Below are positions 1 to 13,485 of a stretch of 64,000 nucleotides of DNA, in pieces; position 1 is the first letter of the stretch, and each line of letters begins with the position of its first letter. The position numbers and the translations under genes were made by a program. The notes beneath the pieces are model-generated. The model had not been told where the DNA came from. It did not search any database and saw only the letters and a program-made list of their open reading frames with translations. The DNA comes from Podarcis melisellensis (lineage: Eukaryota), in assembly GCA_964234715.1 (NCBI GenBank), contig OZ174284.1; one strand, 5' to 3'.

Positions 1-3000
1 TGCTCATGCCTTGTGTGGTCAAGTGGGCCTTACATTTTCCCATAGCCTTAATAACAATGATAGAAGTAGCAACATGAAAATTGCTTTTAAACACCAGACA
101 AGCTTAAGTTAAATAATCATCCAGTACCAAAAACCTACATCTAACCAAACCTCGGACTACAATGAGAAGGCCTGGTCATACTGCTTTTAGAATCCCATTG
201 CCCAAATTTGCGTTTTTTTTCTCGTCTTTTTTTTTGGGGGGGGGCCTTGTTTACATTCTATGGTCTTCCCTGTCAGGGGGCTCAAACTTGCTCACCGCAG
301 CAAATCTCAGTCAGCCTCTATTAAAGGTTTCCTCACAGTCTTGGAGCTGCAGGAGGCAGAGAGAGGTCTCATTCTTTCCTCAGCTCCCAAATTAGGCAGG
401 AGCCTCAAGATTTTTTTGGCTCTATCCTATCTCTGCACCTGCCTCAAAGGGGGGAGCAGGGAGGCAGACAGGCATTCAGGGCACCTGGCAAATACAAAGG
501 AAAGTTAATGCTCTTCTCACCATCACCTCTGAGCTTGAGGGCGAAGGTGAAGCAAAAGCTTATCTGCATTTGCTGAATGCTCCAAGTAGCCACCAAAGCT
601 ACCCTTCAAACTGGGATTGAAGAAGGGGACAAGGGCTTCTTCTTGCACTGCATGGAATGCCCCAATTTCGAAGCTGCGGAAAAGATTATACACAGTAAAA
701 AAAGTTGGGAGTAAAAAAAACGGTAAGACATCACAACAGGAACACAACCAGCAGGGAAGAGTTAGCAGAGATCGCTAATCCTCAAAAGTATTTTCAACTG
801 GTATGTAAACATCTTACAAGTATGTGCCAGGCAAATTACCCTGGGTAGGGCATTCCAAAACTAGGACAGGGCTACTGAGAAATCAATTTCATAGTCACCC
901 ACCTAACCTCTGTAGGTAAATGCACATGAAGAGCCTCTCCGAAGCCTTCCTAAAGAAACTTGTCCATAAGAATCACAGTGCGCACAGGATATTCACATCT
1001 GCGGAACAGATTTTCCTGAAAATTCTCCAATACAACATCTAATCTGCCTGCCACAATATCTGCATTTTTTTTAGTAGGGAGATGTGGTCTATTTCTATTC
1101 CAAAACCATATTCTACGTTCTAAGGTCAGTACTCACTACATTTGCTTGCCTGGCCATATTTGTTTTCAGTATATTCCTTCCAAACACAGTTCAGTACAAA
1201 TACAAAAAATGTCTTGCCCAAATCAAATGCACTTTTTTTTGAAGCTGTGGTAAACATACAGGCAGCCCAAGTGAACTGAGCTGAGAGGAAGCCACCAGGT
1301 GGTTTCTCAATTCAGCTAAATTTACTCACAACTTTCAAGGAAGGCGTAGCTGAAGAGAGAAAACCAGCTTGAACCTTCTTTCACTCAAAATAGTCAGAAG
1401 ACAGAATTTGAATACCTAGGGGTTTTTTATACTTTCTGTATAAGCTGTTACATTCTAGGGTTTAACTCTAACTCAAGGGTGGCTAACCTGTAGCCCTCCA
1501 GAAAGTAACAACTCCCATCATTGGCTGGAGATTATGGTTTTGGGAGTCCAACAACATATGGAGAGCCACACGTTCCCCACCCACCGTTCTAAGTGTTTGG
1601 CTCAAATGCCAATTTCACTTGACTGCCTTTACTTGGAAACAAAGAAATTTATACTGGCTTTATTTCAAGTGTTCACAATGAACAGCAAGGTGAAGTATGG
1701 ACAATTTTTGTGGTCCGAGTAACAATTTTACTATTCTATTACAGTCTTTTTACTGCAAACTATGTTACTCACCACCACCAAATTTCCTGTTACATTCACC
1801 CCCACACAGAAAAGTTGAGCAAACGTATAGCAGTTTTGGCAAAATAGGCAGTACATCTTGTTTTTGGAAATTCACAATGTCCTTCACTAGAGAAAATTCA
1901 ATAGTTGTCCTGGGTTCTCTGCATGGAAAGAACTCATTTGCATTAATTACACGCTATGTGCCATTCATGACATGGAAGGAATTGTGCCCACTCAGGGGCA
2001 CACTGCTGGCCCTTACTGTTGGAACACCAACTTCAGAAAGGTGTTTCCCAAACTATAGCTTCCGCTTTTCTGATTATCCATATCAGATTGCAATGAGGAC
2101 AGACACAACTATTTGGAAGAGCATCTTGCAATACCTTTGAAGTACTGCCTGTGGAGGTGAATGCTTATGAGTAACTTGCAAATGTGACATGAATTATTGT
2201 GGATGCACTGCAGCAACGACAGCATGCTGGATTGTGAAGCACTTCTCTTGCACTTAACTTAGTAACTCTTTTCCCAAAGCATTAGAAAACCAATCAGATG
2301 TCTAAAAATTTCATGAACTAGAGACTTGTCCCAAGGCCATCTTGCATTGCTCCTGGGCACAGGTCACACTCCCGAGTATGAACATATCCCGAGTATGAAT
2401 ATATCTGCTTATGCATCTTTTTGGAAGTCACTTTGTCACTGTGCCGTTTCTCTCCAAAAACATTGTAGGGAAGCCCAGAGAAGCAACTCAACTTCTCCCT
2501 ATTTCACCTATAGTTACCAGCTCTGCAAAATATAACGGTATATTACTTTTTCTGAATATGGGCATTTTTGCATAATGGCTACAAGTTCACCAAGATACTC
2601 GCCTATCTTGTGGAAGTTGAACATCTTGCCTTGATGATCTGGGTGTCCTTGGTTATGGGCTAAGATAAATGGCAATGAAACAGGATGACTGAAGCACATA
2701 AAGCAATGGTTGTAGTAACACCCTGTGGCTGAAGTCAAGTCCATTATGCAGTTTATCCAAATCTGGATGTTTCCCCCACCCATCAGACACTTCTCAGTCA
2801 GGATGTAACTTCAAGAGTTCCACTTCACCAAATGGGTTTTTTCAGTATGAACGTTCACATGAGCTGTGTCTGTCAGTCTCCACAAAAGCAGTTGTGTATC
2901 TTAGAATCAGAATCTTGAGTGAACTGGTTTTGTTCTTGGCTGATGTTTTTGGGTTGTACCTGATGATTCTGTCACACAAACTAAGAGTATTCCTTTGATA

Positions 3001-5035
3001 TCTGGCAGAGTTCAAGACTTCTCTGTCTGAAATACTAATCATTTTTGGACTTACTGAAATTCCTCAAGGGTTTCTACTCTTCGTGTAACACTTAAAATAA
3101 TCAATTCTTATTCAGCTGTACTTCTCCGCTGTACTCGAATTGCTGCCTCTACAAATAAATAATACCATCATTAGCACCTGGTACATAACACAGTATTTAT
3201 GGGAATATGGTGCTTTTAGTTAAACACCTGCCACTTTTCAATACAGTGGCTCCTCCTCCGCAAGCTGGGTATATTGGGATTTTCCATGTGGTTTATTACA
3301 GCTATCAAAGGAGCAGATCCTATCATTTTGGCTTTTAATTCTAAGTGAAGAACTAACTTCACTCAGCTTAGTGGGCAAATTTCAAGATCATGATTGTGCT
3401 GATGATGACTATCAAATTTCATGCCAGGTATTACTGTATTTCTGTTGTGTTCACCAAGTCCACAAACAAGCTGAAGTAGTTTTGGTCACCAAGCTAGCAA
3501 TGAAGGAGAATAGGTTTATCTAATTATCCGGCTTTGGGATTCATAAACAGTTGAAACTGCCAATAATGCCACCTACAACAGACTAATCCAAGTCAAACAT
3601 TTTTGGGGGCACAGTGGGCCTGTAACAAACAAAGTTAAAAGCAAAAGGTTATAAAATGGTTAGTAATCAAATGGGGGGAGGGTGAAATAAAAGAACTATT
3701 CTGACAATAAGTATGAATGGTGTCAGAAGAGTTCATTACCAAATTTACACGTTTCTTCTTTTATTTCACTCTCCCCTCAATCATCCCAGTGTGAAGCAAA
3801 TTTTGTAAGGAGGAAATGTCATGCAAGCCACTGTTTGTCTAACACTTGAAGGGAAGCTGGGTTTGACACTGTCAAGGTTGCATCTTCCTGAAACATTAGT
3901 CTTCAAATAGATCTACTTACAATTTCAAAATCTACTTGTTTTCTGTTTGATACCATGGAAAAGCAAACAGCACACTTTTTAAGAATTCTCCATTATTGTA
4001 TGCTATTTTAAAAATTCCCTTCAGAGCTGTAACTAAAGCAGATAACTTTAGCAACAAAATAAAGTTATGTAAGCAACTGGGCTTCACCCTCAGCTATAGC
4101 TTATATATTTTAGATTAATATCCCCAAATAGTCCTAACACTGGGGAGGCCAAATGTTCAGGTGTCTGTTTTTAAATGTTACCACTGTAAAACCAAAACAA
4201 TCCAAGATCCACCTATTGATGGTTAGGATTAATAATGCAGTTCAGCAACAAGTACATGCAGCACAACCTAATAATATTTAGAACTAGAAGAATGTAGGTT
4301 CTTCTTTTTTTAAGAGCACACAAGTTCCAAGGGTATTTCCAGCCCTTGCTAATGATTAGTTAACAGCATTAAAAAAAAGTCAGGCTACATCCAGATATGG
4401 TCAAATATGTCCAGTCTGATGGGTTAGGAATGTGCCCTGTCACTTTAGGTTGCACCAAGTCATGTGTTTTCTTCAAAAAGAGTGTAGCTAAGGAGGTCTA
4501 TCCTGTTACATTTAGCCTCTCCTTCACCAGCGTCATCCTTGGAACCTAAAATGGAGATCAGAAATCTCCCTGCAAGGGGAGGGAGCTCAGGATCTTCATC
4601 CATTAGTTTCACAGAAAGGCAGCTGCACTACACTAAAACAACCATGCGATCATCGATGACCAACTTCCTCCTTGCATCCCCAACACGGACTACGTGAAGT
4701 GTGTCATATTTTCCCTTGCAAGGCGCGGATGTGTCTGGAAATCCGGAAAAAAACACTGAAGGATGGAGTCACTCTGCGCCACCACCAGCTGGCAAGAAGA
4801 GAGAGAGGCCTTAATGCGGGTCGCACAAGCCGGTTAGCAAAGTGGATCCCAACCCGTGGGCAGGATTCCTAAATGCAGGGGGGGTCAGACTAGATGACCC
4901 TGGGGACCCCTCCCAACTCTACCTCTGCCTTGTTTAACAGAACTGCAAACTGAGCTACACGAGCCCACCCTCCCTCGCAAAAAAAGAGAGAAGTGTTTTT
5001 ACTCCGGAGTCCCAACAGTTCCTCTGCATTCTCAG

Positions 5036-5145
5036 CAGTGGCGTAGCGTGGGTTGTCAGCACCCGGGGCAAGGCAAGTAATTTGCACCCCCTAACCCCCA
5101 GATGTTGCGCCCGGCCCCTCCTGCACCCCCCACGCTACGCCACTG
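5036..5145 (+). mobile_element. Non-autonomous hAT-type MITE
   Basis: Perfect 17-bp TIR CAGTGGCGTAGCGTGGG; perfect 8-bp TSD ATTCTCAG (5028-5035 / 5146-5153). Confidence 0.9.
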
Positions 5146-7640
5146 ATTCTCAGTCCCGCGATCGCCACGGGCTGGCAGTTCGCGTCCCTCCCTCCTCCCT
5201 TTAAGCCGCCGCGGGCGTCACGCGCTCCGCCTCCCCCTCCCCCCCCAGAACTTTCCCTGGCAGAAGCAGCGGCGGCTGTGGGGGGAGGGGAGGTCCCTGT
5301 CAAAACAGTCGACGCCCTTCGAGGGAGGAAGAAAAAAGACGCTTCGCTGAACAGCTGCTCGACGCGGGCGGGCGGGGGAGGGGCGTGTATTTGAAAAGAG
5401 GAAGGCAACCGCCGCGACCGCACGGAAAGGGACTCTCTCCCCCCCCTCACATCCCTGTCAAGCCGAAGAGCCACGGACGACGCCACCGCCGCCGCCTCCT
5501 CCTCAGCCAGCTTGATCCTCCGCCAAGCCCCACACAAGAATGCAACGCGGTCACATGACCTCCGGCGGACGTGCGGCTCCCTTCCCTCTCCAGGGACACC
5601 TCGCGCCATCTTGGACTGACGCAGTTACAGCTGCCGACGAGGCGCCGCCGAGCAGCGGACCTTCCTCCGAGCCCCGACGCCGCCGCCGCCACCCCGGCTC
5701 GGTTGAGGGGACGCGGTCGCCCGACCCCCGCTGTCCTTCCGCCCCCTGGGCCCCGCCGTCCCTAGCGCCTCTCCGGAGAAGCCTCTGCCCCCTCTCCTCA
5801 CCCACGGCGGCTGGTATCATGGCGCCCGTTTTCTCCCTTTGCACCAGCCACCCCCGACAGCTCCCCGAGCCCTGCCCAGCAGCTGCGTCTGCCCCTGCTG
5901 CAGGATGATGTCAGCGCCTGCCAATCGGAGCGCGCCTCCGAGGCCCGTCCGCAGAGCTGATTGGCTGCGCGGCCCGCCGCCGCTCCCCCCGCCTCCTCCT
6001 GACTCAGTGCGCTCTCCGCGGTTCGCTGCGGAGAAACGGCCAAAGACAGGAAGGGGGAGGGGAGGGAAGAAGGGCAGAGGGAGGAGGAGGGAGGAGGAGA
6101 ACAACCACCTCGCGGCGCGACAATCACCAACCGCCCCGAGACGGCGGTCGCCATTTCGTATTACAACAGGCGGAACCCCCAAGTGTCCTAGAAAGGGAGA
6201 GAGAGAGAAATAGACACACATCGGGATTAGACAAGGGGGGTGATAATAATAATAATAAACAATAAGCACATCCACACACTCCACCATGGTCACAAGACAT
6301 TTAATCGCCCTCCCTTTCTCACCCCTCTGAGCCCCATGGCAGCCGCCTTCTGTGGGGTCCAGTCGGGCAGCCAGACCAGTGCCATTCCCACCTCAGCTGC
6401 TGCTTCTTCCTCCTACCGGGAGCGAGCTCCTCTTAGGCTAAGCCTCTTCCTAACTCCCTCCTCCTGCCACTCGATGGTCTCGGCTCCATCAAGGCAGGGC
6501 AGGAGCTGCCAGCCCAGCTTTTATCTGGTGCCCCGAGCTTGCGCACTGAAGGAGGCTCACTCAGCCCCTGGTGGGCGTCGAGCGAAAACCCAAGCCTGCC
6601 TGCCTGCCTGCCTGCCTGCCTTCCCCTCCCTCGCTCGGCTCCCGCCGGAGGGGCTGCGAGCAGGCGGGCCGGGAAGCGGGCTCCGTGCGCGGGTGGCGGG
6701 GAAGGAAGGCGCTCGGCACGGACGGGGAGGCCGCCCTAGCTGGTTGCCGCGAGCAAAATGGGGGACGGGACGGGGACGAGTTGCCCTCTTCTCTCGGCGA
6801 CAGGTGTCCCGAGGTTTCAGGGCCATTTCCTCCGCTGCAGTAATCGTTCGGAGGAAGCGGATCCGACCCTTCGCTCGCACCTGTCCGAAAACGAGAAGAA
6901 GAATCCCTCCGGCGAAAGGCTCGTGCTGTCGGACGCCAGCTGCCCGAGACCAGCCTCTCCGCGGCCGCCGCCGAGCTGCTGCAGCCCGGAACCCTTGGCC
7001 TAGAAAACAAACGCAGTCGAGCGCGGCTTCCTCCCTGGCCGCCCAAACGCTCAAGGGACACGTTTCTGCCAGCTGCTGAAAAGGACTGGTTTTCACGTCT
7101 GAAGTCCAATGTACGGCTTACACGCGTGCAGAAACCCAGAGCCATGCCAAGTGGTCCCGAGATGACACTTTGCACGTTGCTCACCGAGGCCCCGGGAACG
7201 AAACCAGTTTGTTTTGTAGATCCTGAACTCTTAAAACATACATAGACGGTCGGGGCTGCGACCCGTCAGCCTTCCTTAGGAAACCCTTAAGGCAACTTCC
7301 TCCTTTCCCTCGCCGCCTGTCACAGCCCTGGCCGCCCTGAATACGAACCCAAACGACTCCCCCTGCCCTCGTCCCACCCGGCGCTTCCCCGACCCTCCTT
7401 TCCACCCTGCGCGCTCCCGCCGCCTCGCTTTATTAAGGAAACACACACACACACGTTGCACAAATGGACCCGGCGGCGGCGGGTGGGTGTCGTCGGGCGG
7501 GGGGCGTCTTGCGCTGCCGGGCACCAACGGAACTCCAGCCCACAAGCAAAATGGCGGCTGTTTGGCTTCGCCCTGGTAACCCTGCCCCTGCCAGGCGGGA
7601 CGGGTGAACCCCGTGCAGCGGGAGGAAGGGGGGGGAGTGA

Positions 7641-8036
7641 GGCGACGCCATTTTCCCAGAGAGAGAGAGAGAGAGAGGCAGTGACATAGGAGGGAGCGTA
7701 GGCGGCTGCGAGGAGGGAGACGCGAGCAGGAGCAGCAGCAGCGGCGGCCGCGGCAGCAGCAGCAGCAGTGGCAGTTAGGGGGTTTGTGCAGAGGTCCTGA
7801 GGCGAAGGCGCTTCTCCCTCGGCCGCCGCGGGACTCTGGTGCAGCCCAGCCGCCTTCCTCGGGGTTCCCTGCTGCCAGCCAGCCTCTCCCCACCCCGGGC
7901 TCCCCACAGGCGGCTGAGGGGCTCCGTCCTGCCCAGGCGAGGGACATCCGCAGTGGGACTCTTGCATTGTTTTGGTTGGGGTAAGAGAGGGGCTCGGTGA
8001 AGGGGGTGCTGCTTGCCTGGCCTGTGACCATTACAG
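7641..8036 (+). other. KMT2E: KMT2E non-coding exon 1 (5'UTR); start approximate
   Basis: Starts near CGCCATTTTCCCAGA (YY1/initiator-like); ends at strong donor CAG|GTGAGT (8037); possible alternative donor GGG|GTAAGA at 7981. Confidence 0.7.
7658..7677. repeat. (GA)n microsatellite at the start of exon 1
   Basis: Seen directly. Confidence 0.9.
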
Positions 8037-11000
8037 GTGAGTCGGCCATTATTATCCTTATTTATTGTGGTTGTCAATGCCCCGTGAGGGGAGCCTGAGG
8101 GGGAAAGGCGGCAAGAGGGGGGGGGGGGAGAGAGAGACACCTTTCAAAAAGAAAGGCTCAAAAGTGGCGGCGCATCTCGTTTCCTCTGGGGTGTGTGTGT
8201 GTGTATTATATACGCGTGTATTATATTCATTCTGGATTGTGGCTCTTCTTTTCACTCCGTATGCTCCGGTGGGGGTGGACTGGCTTATAAGGGAGAGGGA
8301 GTCGCTCTATCTTGCGAATATGGCGCGTTATTGTAACTGGCGGAGCTGATGGGTGGTGTGTGTGTGTGTTTTTGGGGTGGGGGCCCCCGCCATGCCAGCC
8401 TCCTGCTAGAAATAAATCTCCCAGAGGTCGCTTAATGCGATGGAAGCGTGCTTTTTTTTTTGCTTGTGTTGTCTCTCGCTTTAAAGAACAGGCGCGGGGT
8501 TTTCTTTCTATTTTTTTTTTTGGCCAATATTGTATGTTATTGGGAGCCGAGCTTCCCGTAAGACGGATTCGGGCGCTATGTCCTTGTCCAACCCACCCGC
8601 CACTGTTATTTGTTGTGTTTTGTGGTACTGATAGGGCTCATTCCGGGCCTAATCTTCCTTTCCACACGCACACATACATATATATACACACATACACCTC
8701 TCTCATTTTATCTTCCATCTTCTCGTTTCCCCGATCCGTGTGTAGTAGGCGAGCGGCGAACAGTTCCGAAGACTTGGAGGAGCAATTTAAAAGGGGGTGG
8801 GGTGTCAGGAGGGGATTTACCCCCGGGGTCCCCCTTTTCAAAAGCTGGTTGCATAAGGCTCTATTTTGCCCTCATCTTTGTGTTACCCTCCGTGCCTCCT
8901 GCCCAGGGCTGGCGTACCGGGAACGACACATAGGCAACCTCTTTCTTGAAAGGAGTTGGTGGCATAGACCCTGCTGCTGCAGACATGGGGGAGGAGAAAC
9001 AAACGGTCCACTGTGTAGTACTAAATAGGGTAGAAGAAACATAATATAGTCCAATTAGAAAGGTCCCGTCCTTCTCAGCACTCAATCATCGAGGAATGCG
9101 CGGTGATTAAAAGCCCTAGTTAGTGGTTTTCAAATGATGTAGACAACTCTCCGAAATGCTACCCTTAGAGTAAACCCTATGAATTTAGGGCTGTTTTCCT
9201 CCTCCGTATATTTAGATTACCTTTCAAGAGATTAATAGTGGAACACTCCCCCCCCCCCGTTTAAAAGCATATCTAAAAGAAATCAAAGCAACGCCGGGAA
9301 ACCTAGGTGACCTACAGAGGAGGTTTGATGACACACGCTATACTTTTAAAGTTACTTTCCATAAAAGTGGAGTAAAAACTGTAATTTCCCTCTTTTGTCC
9401 TTTAGAGATTCTAAAAATGGCGGCCTCAGGCTGATGTTGTGGTAATCTAATCAGCTCGGGTCCTCCACACCCCATGCAGTGCATTTGTCTGCAGCACATT
9501 TATAGGCTTAATATGCTTAAATGAAAAAAAAGACTGCCGCCTTTAAGTCATGAACGAAACGTATCTCGTCTTTACTACGATTAAAATGCTGGGTTCCAGC
9601 TGATTAATTTTATTGGTTATTTGTGTGAAAGGCACAAATCAACGAGACCAGTCTTCCTAGAGGAGGGGATTGATGACGGACTGGTGTAGCTGCTGTGGTC
9701 TATGTGTGTATATTTGAAGTGAGTTCATATGCATGCCATATTAATCTTTTTACTTTTGTTTTTAAAATGGTGGACAAGTTCCTCTTGGCCTCTTAATCTA
9801 GATTTGTGCTGTAATGTCTAATGCTGGCATGCAACCAGCATTACAATGAGAACATGAAAATAATTTTTATCATGGCACTTCATTTGAGACTGTGATAGCA
9901 CTATCAAGCCAAATAATTTCTAATCTATTAATAATCTGTTGCTGCTGGATAGATTTTTTCCTATGTTTCTCCCTCCCCCAAGGAATTATACAGACAGATT
10001 TAAAACTCCCCCTTCTTCGAGGGGTGGGTGTGTTAAAGGTTAAATGTCTTAAATGTGACGTTTCTACATGATTTTTTTGTTATACATTACATGTGAAATG
10101 CATATTTCACTGTGAAAAGGGATTGTGCTAATTGCCACTGACAAATGAATAGTGATGATGCATTTAAAATACAGTAACTATTGTGCTGTTAAGCCTTCTC
10201 CTTTATATTCCCTCCTCCCCTGCCCCCTTTCCGGGTCTGTTGAATACAGTTGAGAGCAACATGCTTATCTAAAAGTATATGAAAGTTTCACTTAATTATA
10301 TTTTTAATTTTTTTGCAGTTAGAATGACTTGAGGGGCAATTTGCAACTTTAATGTGTTTGTGTAACTTTCTGCAAAATATTATTTAGCAGTGGATTTTCC
10401 CTTCAACCCTGGCAACATTAATTTACATATATTAACTTGACTGTCTTGCATAGTTAATAACCTGCTTCTTAGACATGTAAATGGGGACAAGGTATGCATT
10501 ACAGGGCTATTCATGTATGCCTTCAGTATGTTGTGGGCCAAGAACATGTTTTAATGTATGGGACTACAATCCTTTATCCATTTAGCAGGGGGTAAGCACC
10601 ATTGAACTTAATGGGACTTGTAGCTGAGTAAATGTGCATAGGCATATCTAGTCAAAACGATTGTCACTTTAATGATTTTAATATTTTTCATACTGTATAT
10701 ACAGTCTTGTGAACCTGGAAAAAGTTGATCCTTGATTATAAACAATTTTGCTTAGGTGTTCATCTTCTCATTTGAATTATAAATTGAATTTTGTGTGCTG
10801 AAAAATCAAGGGTGGCATCTAAATAAGTTAGAGTAGAACTTAAATCCATTGATTTAAATGGGTATACTCTGACTATAGAATAGTTAGTTGGATGCCATCC
10901 AGATGGTTTGGTTTTATTTACCCCTTATGATGACAATATTTGGTTTCTCCAAAATGGGATTCCAAGAAAACAGAATATTATGTTAATTCAAAACCCACTA

Positions 11001-13320
11001 TTAAAAGAGAATTGAAGCCATTTTAAGGCCTTTGTTCTATGTTGTCTGTAATGTGGAACTGCTAGTAATGTTGCATTCCACTAGTGGGTTCTGAACTGTA
11101 CGTATCCTTATTCTAAGTTTTATTTTGTTCATTGAGATTTTTAAAGAAGGCTCACCTGGTTTAGTGGAGCTTCCTGGCTGTCATTTACTGGGGAGGGGCA
11201 AGGCAGTGAGCAGACTGCCATGGTGCACTGGCAGAGCCAACTCAGTGCTTCCACTAGTGTTTGATGCAGGATCTCTTTGCCCCTCTCCCTCCCAGCAAGC
11301 AGCAGTGACATATCTTTTGGGAAGCAGCATTGCAGCTCTACCTCATCAAGAAAGGTAGTTCTGCACCCAGCAGAATTTAGGATTGTAGCCTAAATGATTT
11401 CGTACTGCAGATTCATTTGTTAGAATCAAAAAGTGAGCTTCAGTGGGTCACAAATCTGGAACACAACTCGTATATTTCATCCAGCGAACCATAGTGTACC
11501 TTTTGGTACGCTGAGAGTCACAGTAATAGGACTCAATAAAGTGTTACATGGCTTAAATTATTTTTTCCATATGTAGAAATCTTATGCATGTTTATTCAGA
11601 TATAAGTCCAATGGTGGACAGCATAGTAGTGTGTCAGTGCTCACTTGACCTCCTGGTAGCAGAGTCACTTCTGCTTACCTGAAGGAAGACTGGGAGGGAT
11701 GATTTGGCTGGGAGGTCAGTTCTGTGCAGATTCACAGGTAGAAGAACCATGTTGGCTCCCCTGCCTTGTTTGCATGCTGACTTCCCCACCACCTCACCTC
11801 TCCCACTCTTGCTTTTGGTAAGTAGCAAATCAGTGATCCAGAGGTCTGGTTATTACATTTTTCAGGAATTACATTCTTCCTTTAAAAGTGCAGCAAGGTC
11901 TTTGATCTGAGCTTCTGTTAAATAAACTTTGGTACCATAAGTGAGATGAGCCTTGGTTGAATTCTGAAACTTCTTTTCAGAAAACCTATTTTTGTAAATT
12001 GCTGAGTTATGGAGCACTATAAAATAGAATAAATAGAGCTAACCTAAAATTTGTTGGCATATTTTCTCTTCAAGGAGGACAAATTCTTGTACAGCAGCTA
12101 AGTAAACATATGGGGCTCCATTCTTCTCATAGAAGGAGCTTCTAATTTACAGAAGAAATCTTCTGTATGAGCATATCAGAAGCACTGAATCCAACATATG
12201 ACTATAAGAAGTCCACTGCGTGCTGTTCGTCTCAAGCCCTTGACCAAGACAATGTCTCAAATAAAAATTCAATGTAATCTGTAGCACAGTTGATCCAAAA
12301 TAAGTTGGTTTATTATTTCTGTTAAGAATTAAAATATTCTCTGAACTACACTGAGTGACATCCGTTTGTGTCAGCCTGCTTGTGCCAACAGGGCTCCCCC
12401 TATCTGTCTCCACTGTTGCTTCCCGAGAGCCCCCCAAATCAGAGGATTCTCTGAAACAAACTGGGGTGTGGTTGGGTTGCAGGGGTGAGGAGAGGAAGGG
12501 GAAGTTCTGTTGCTTTTGCTGGCACAGCTGGACATAGTCTCCCGAGTCTGTAGCTCAAATTTTCATTAGTCTGTGATGTAATGGAAGCCTTCCCACACCC
12601 CGTGATTTGTAACCTGTAAAAAAATACAATCGTATTTTATCTCTTTAAAAGAGTGAATATTCAGATTTTTGTTTTACTTAATTTTAAAAATGCCTGGCAC
12701 CATCTTTATCTGTTTTTAGATGGCAGACAAACCCCCTCCCGTGAGCTTTTGGACCTTAAGTTGAAGAGTTTCAAGTGCTTCTCATCTCTTAGTGGGGCTG
12801 GTTCTGTGAAGCCATTGTCTTGTAGGTTTTTACTGGTTTGTCGTCACTCTTTTTAGTGTTTATACTTTCTTGTAAGTCACTTTGGGTCTCTTTTGTGAGT
12901 AAAGCAACTAATTAATATAAAAAATAATAGAATTAATCTTGTGTACATGTTTTGTATCAGGGCTTAACATCTAATAAGGTTCAAAGCTTGTGGCTCAAAT
13001 ATTTTTTTGGTGAAGTTTCCAAATCATATCCTGAAATATTATCTTAAAAGGAGCAGCATCTTGGACTGAAGGTGGGGAAAGTAGTGGTGCTTTCTTCTCA
13101 CTTATTTAAATGGTGCAGTGCATTTCCTTTTCATTTGAATTGCAATGTAATAATGGAAAGCTTTAGCAGGAATGCAGTGAACATGACACTAAGCCAAAGA
13201 TTAGCTTCAAATGCACATTTGGAACTCCAATTTAATTTAGACCGTGATATACAAAAGAGTATATTTTGATTCACCAGTTACAATTCCAACATTTTCAGAT
13301 TTCTTTGTTGTTGTTGTTGT

Positions 13321-13485
13321 TTACTTATTTATTACATTTACAGTATATACCACGTTCCCCTCCAAGAAGCTCAAGGTGGCAGACGTGGTTCTTCTCTCCT
13401 CATTTTATCTTAACAACCCCTTGAGGTAGGTTAGACTGAGAGGCAGTGAGTGGCCTAATGGTCCAGTAAGCTTCATGGCTGAGTG
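13321..13485 (-). mobile_element. Squam3-like SINE 3' part, antisense
   Basis: Reverse complement of the SINE body and tail (GAGGTAGGTTAG.CTGAGAGGCAG, TTTATTT tail). Confidence 0.55.

Larger units (their letters stand above)
5150..8600. promoter_or_regulatory. CpG island / probably bidirectional promoter of KMT2E
   Basis: Very high GC and CpG density relative to AT-rich flanks; CCAAT boxes (~5920, ~5960), GC boxes, TGACTCA at 6000, several YY1-type motifs. Confidence 0.9.

Noticed and set aside
523-747. 74-aa minus-strand ORF as a protein-coding exon
   Set aside because: No recognisable homology, and the stronger donor places a stop inside the exon; kept only as a candidate lncRNA exon.
2630-3030. 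TGATGA...CTGA pairs suggesting C/D snoRNAs
   Set aside because: No convincing terminal stems or recognisable rRNA antisense guides, and no + strand host transcript here.
5091-9085. Many long overlapping ORFs (up to 279 aa) on both strands
   Set aside because: They lie in the GC-rich CpG island where stops are rare; Arg/Pro/Gly/Ala-rich low-complexity translations crossing microsatellites, with no recognisable domain.
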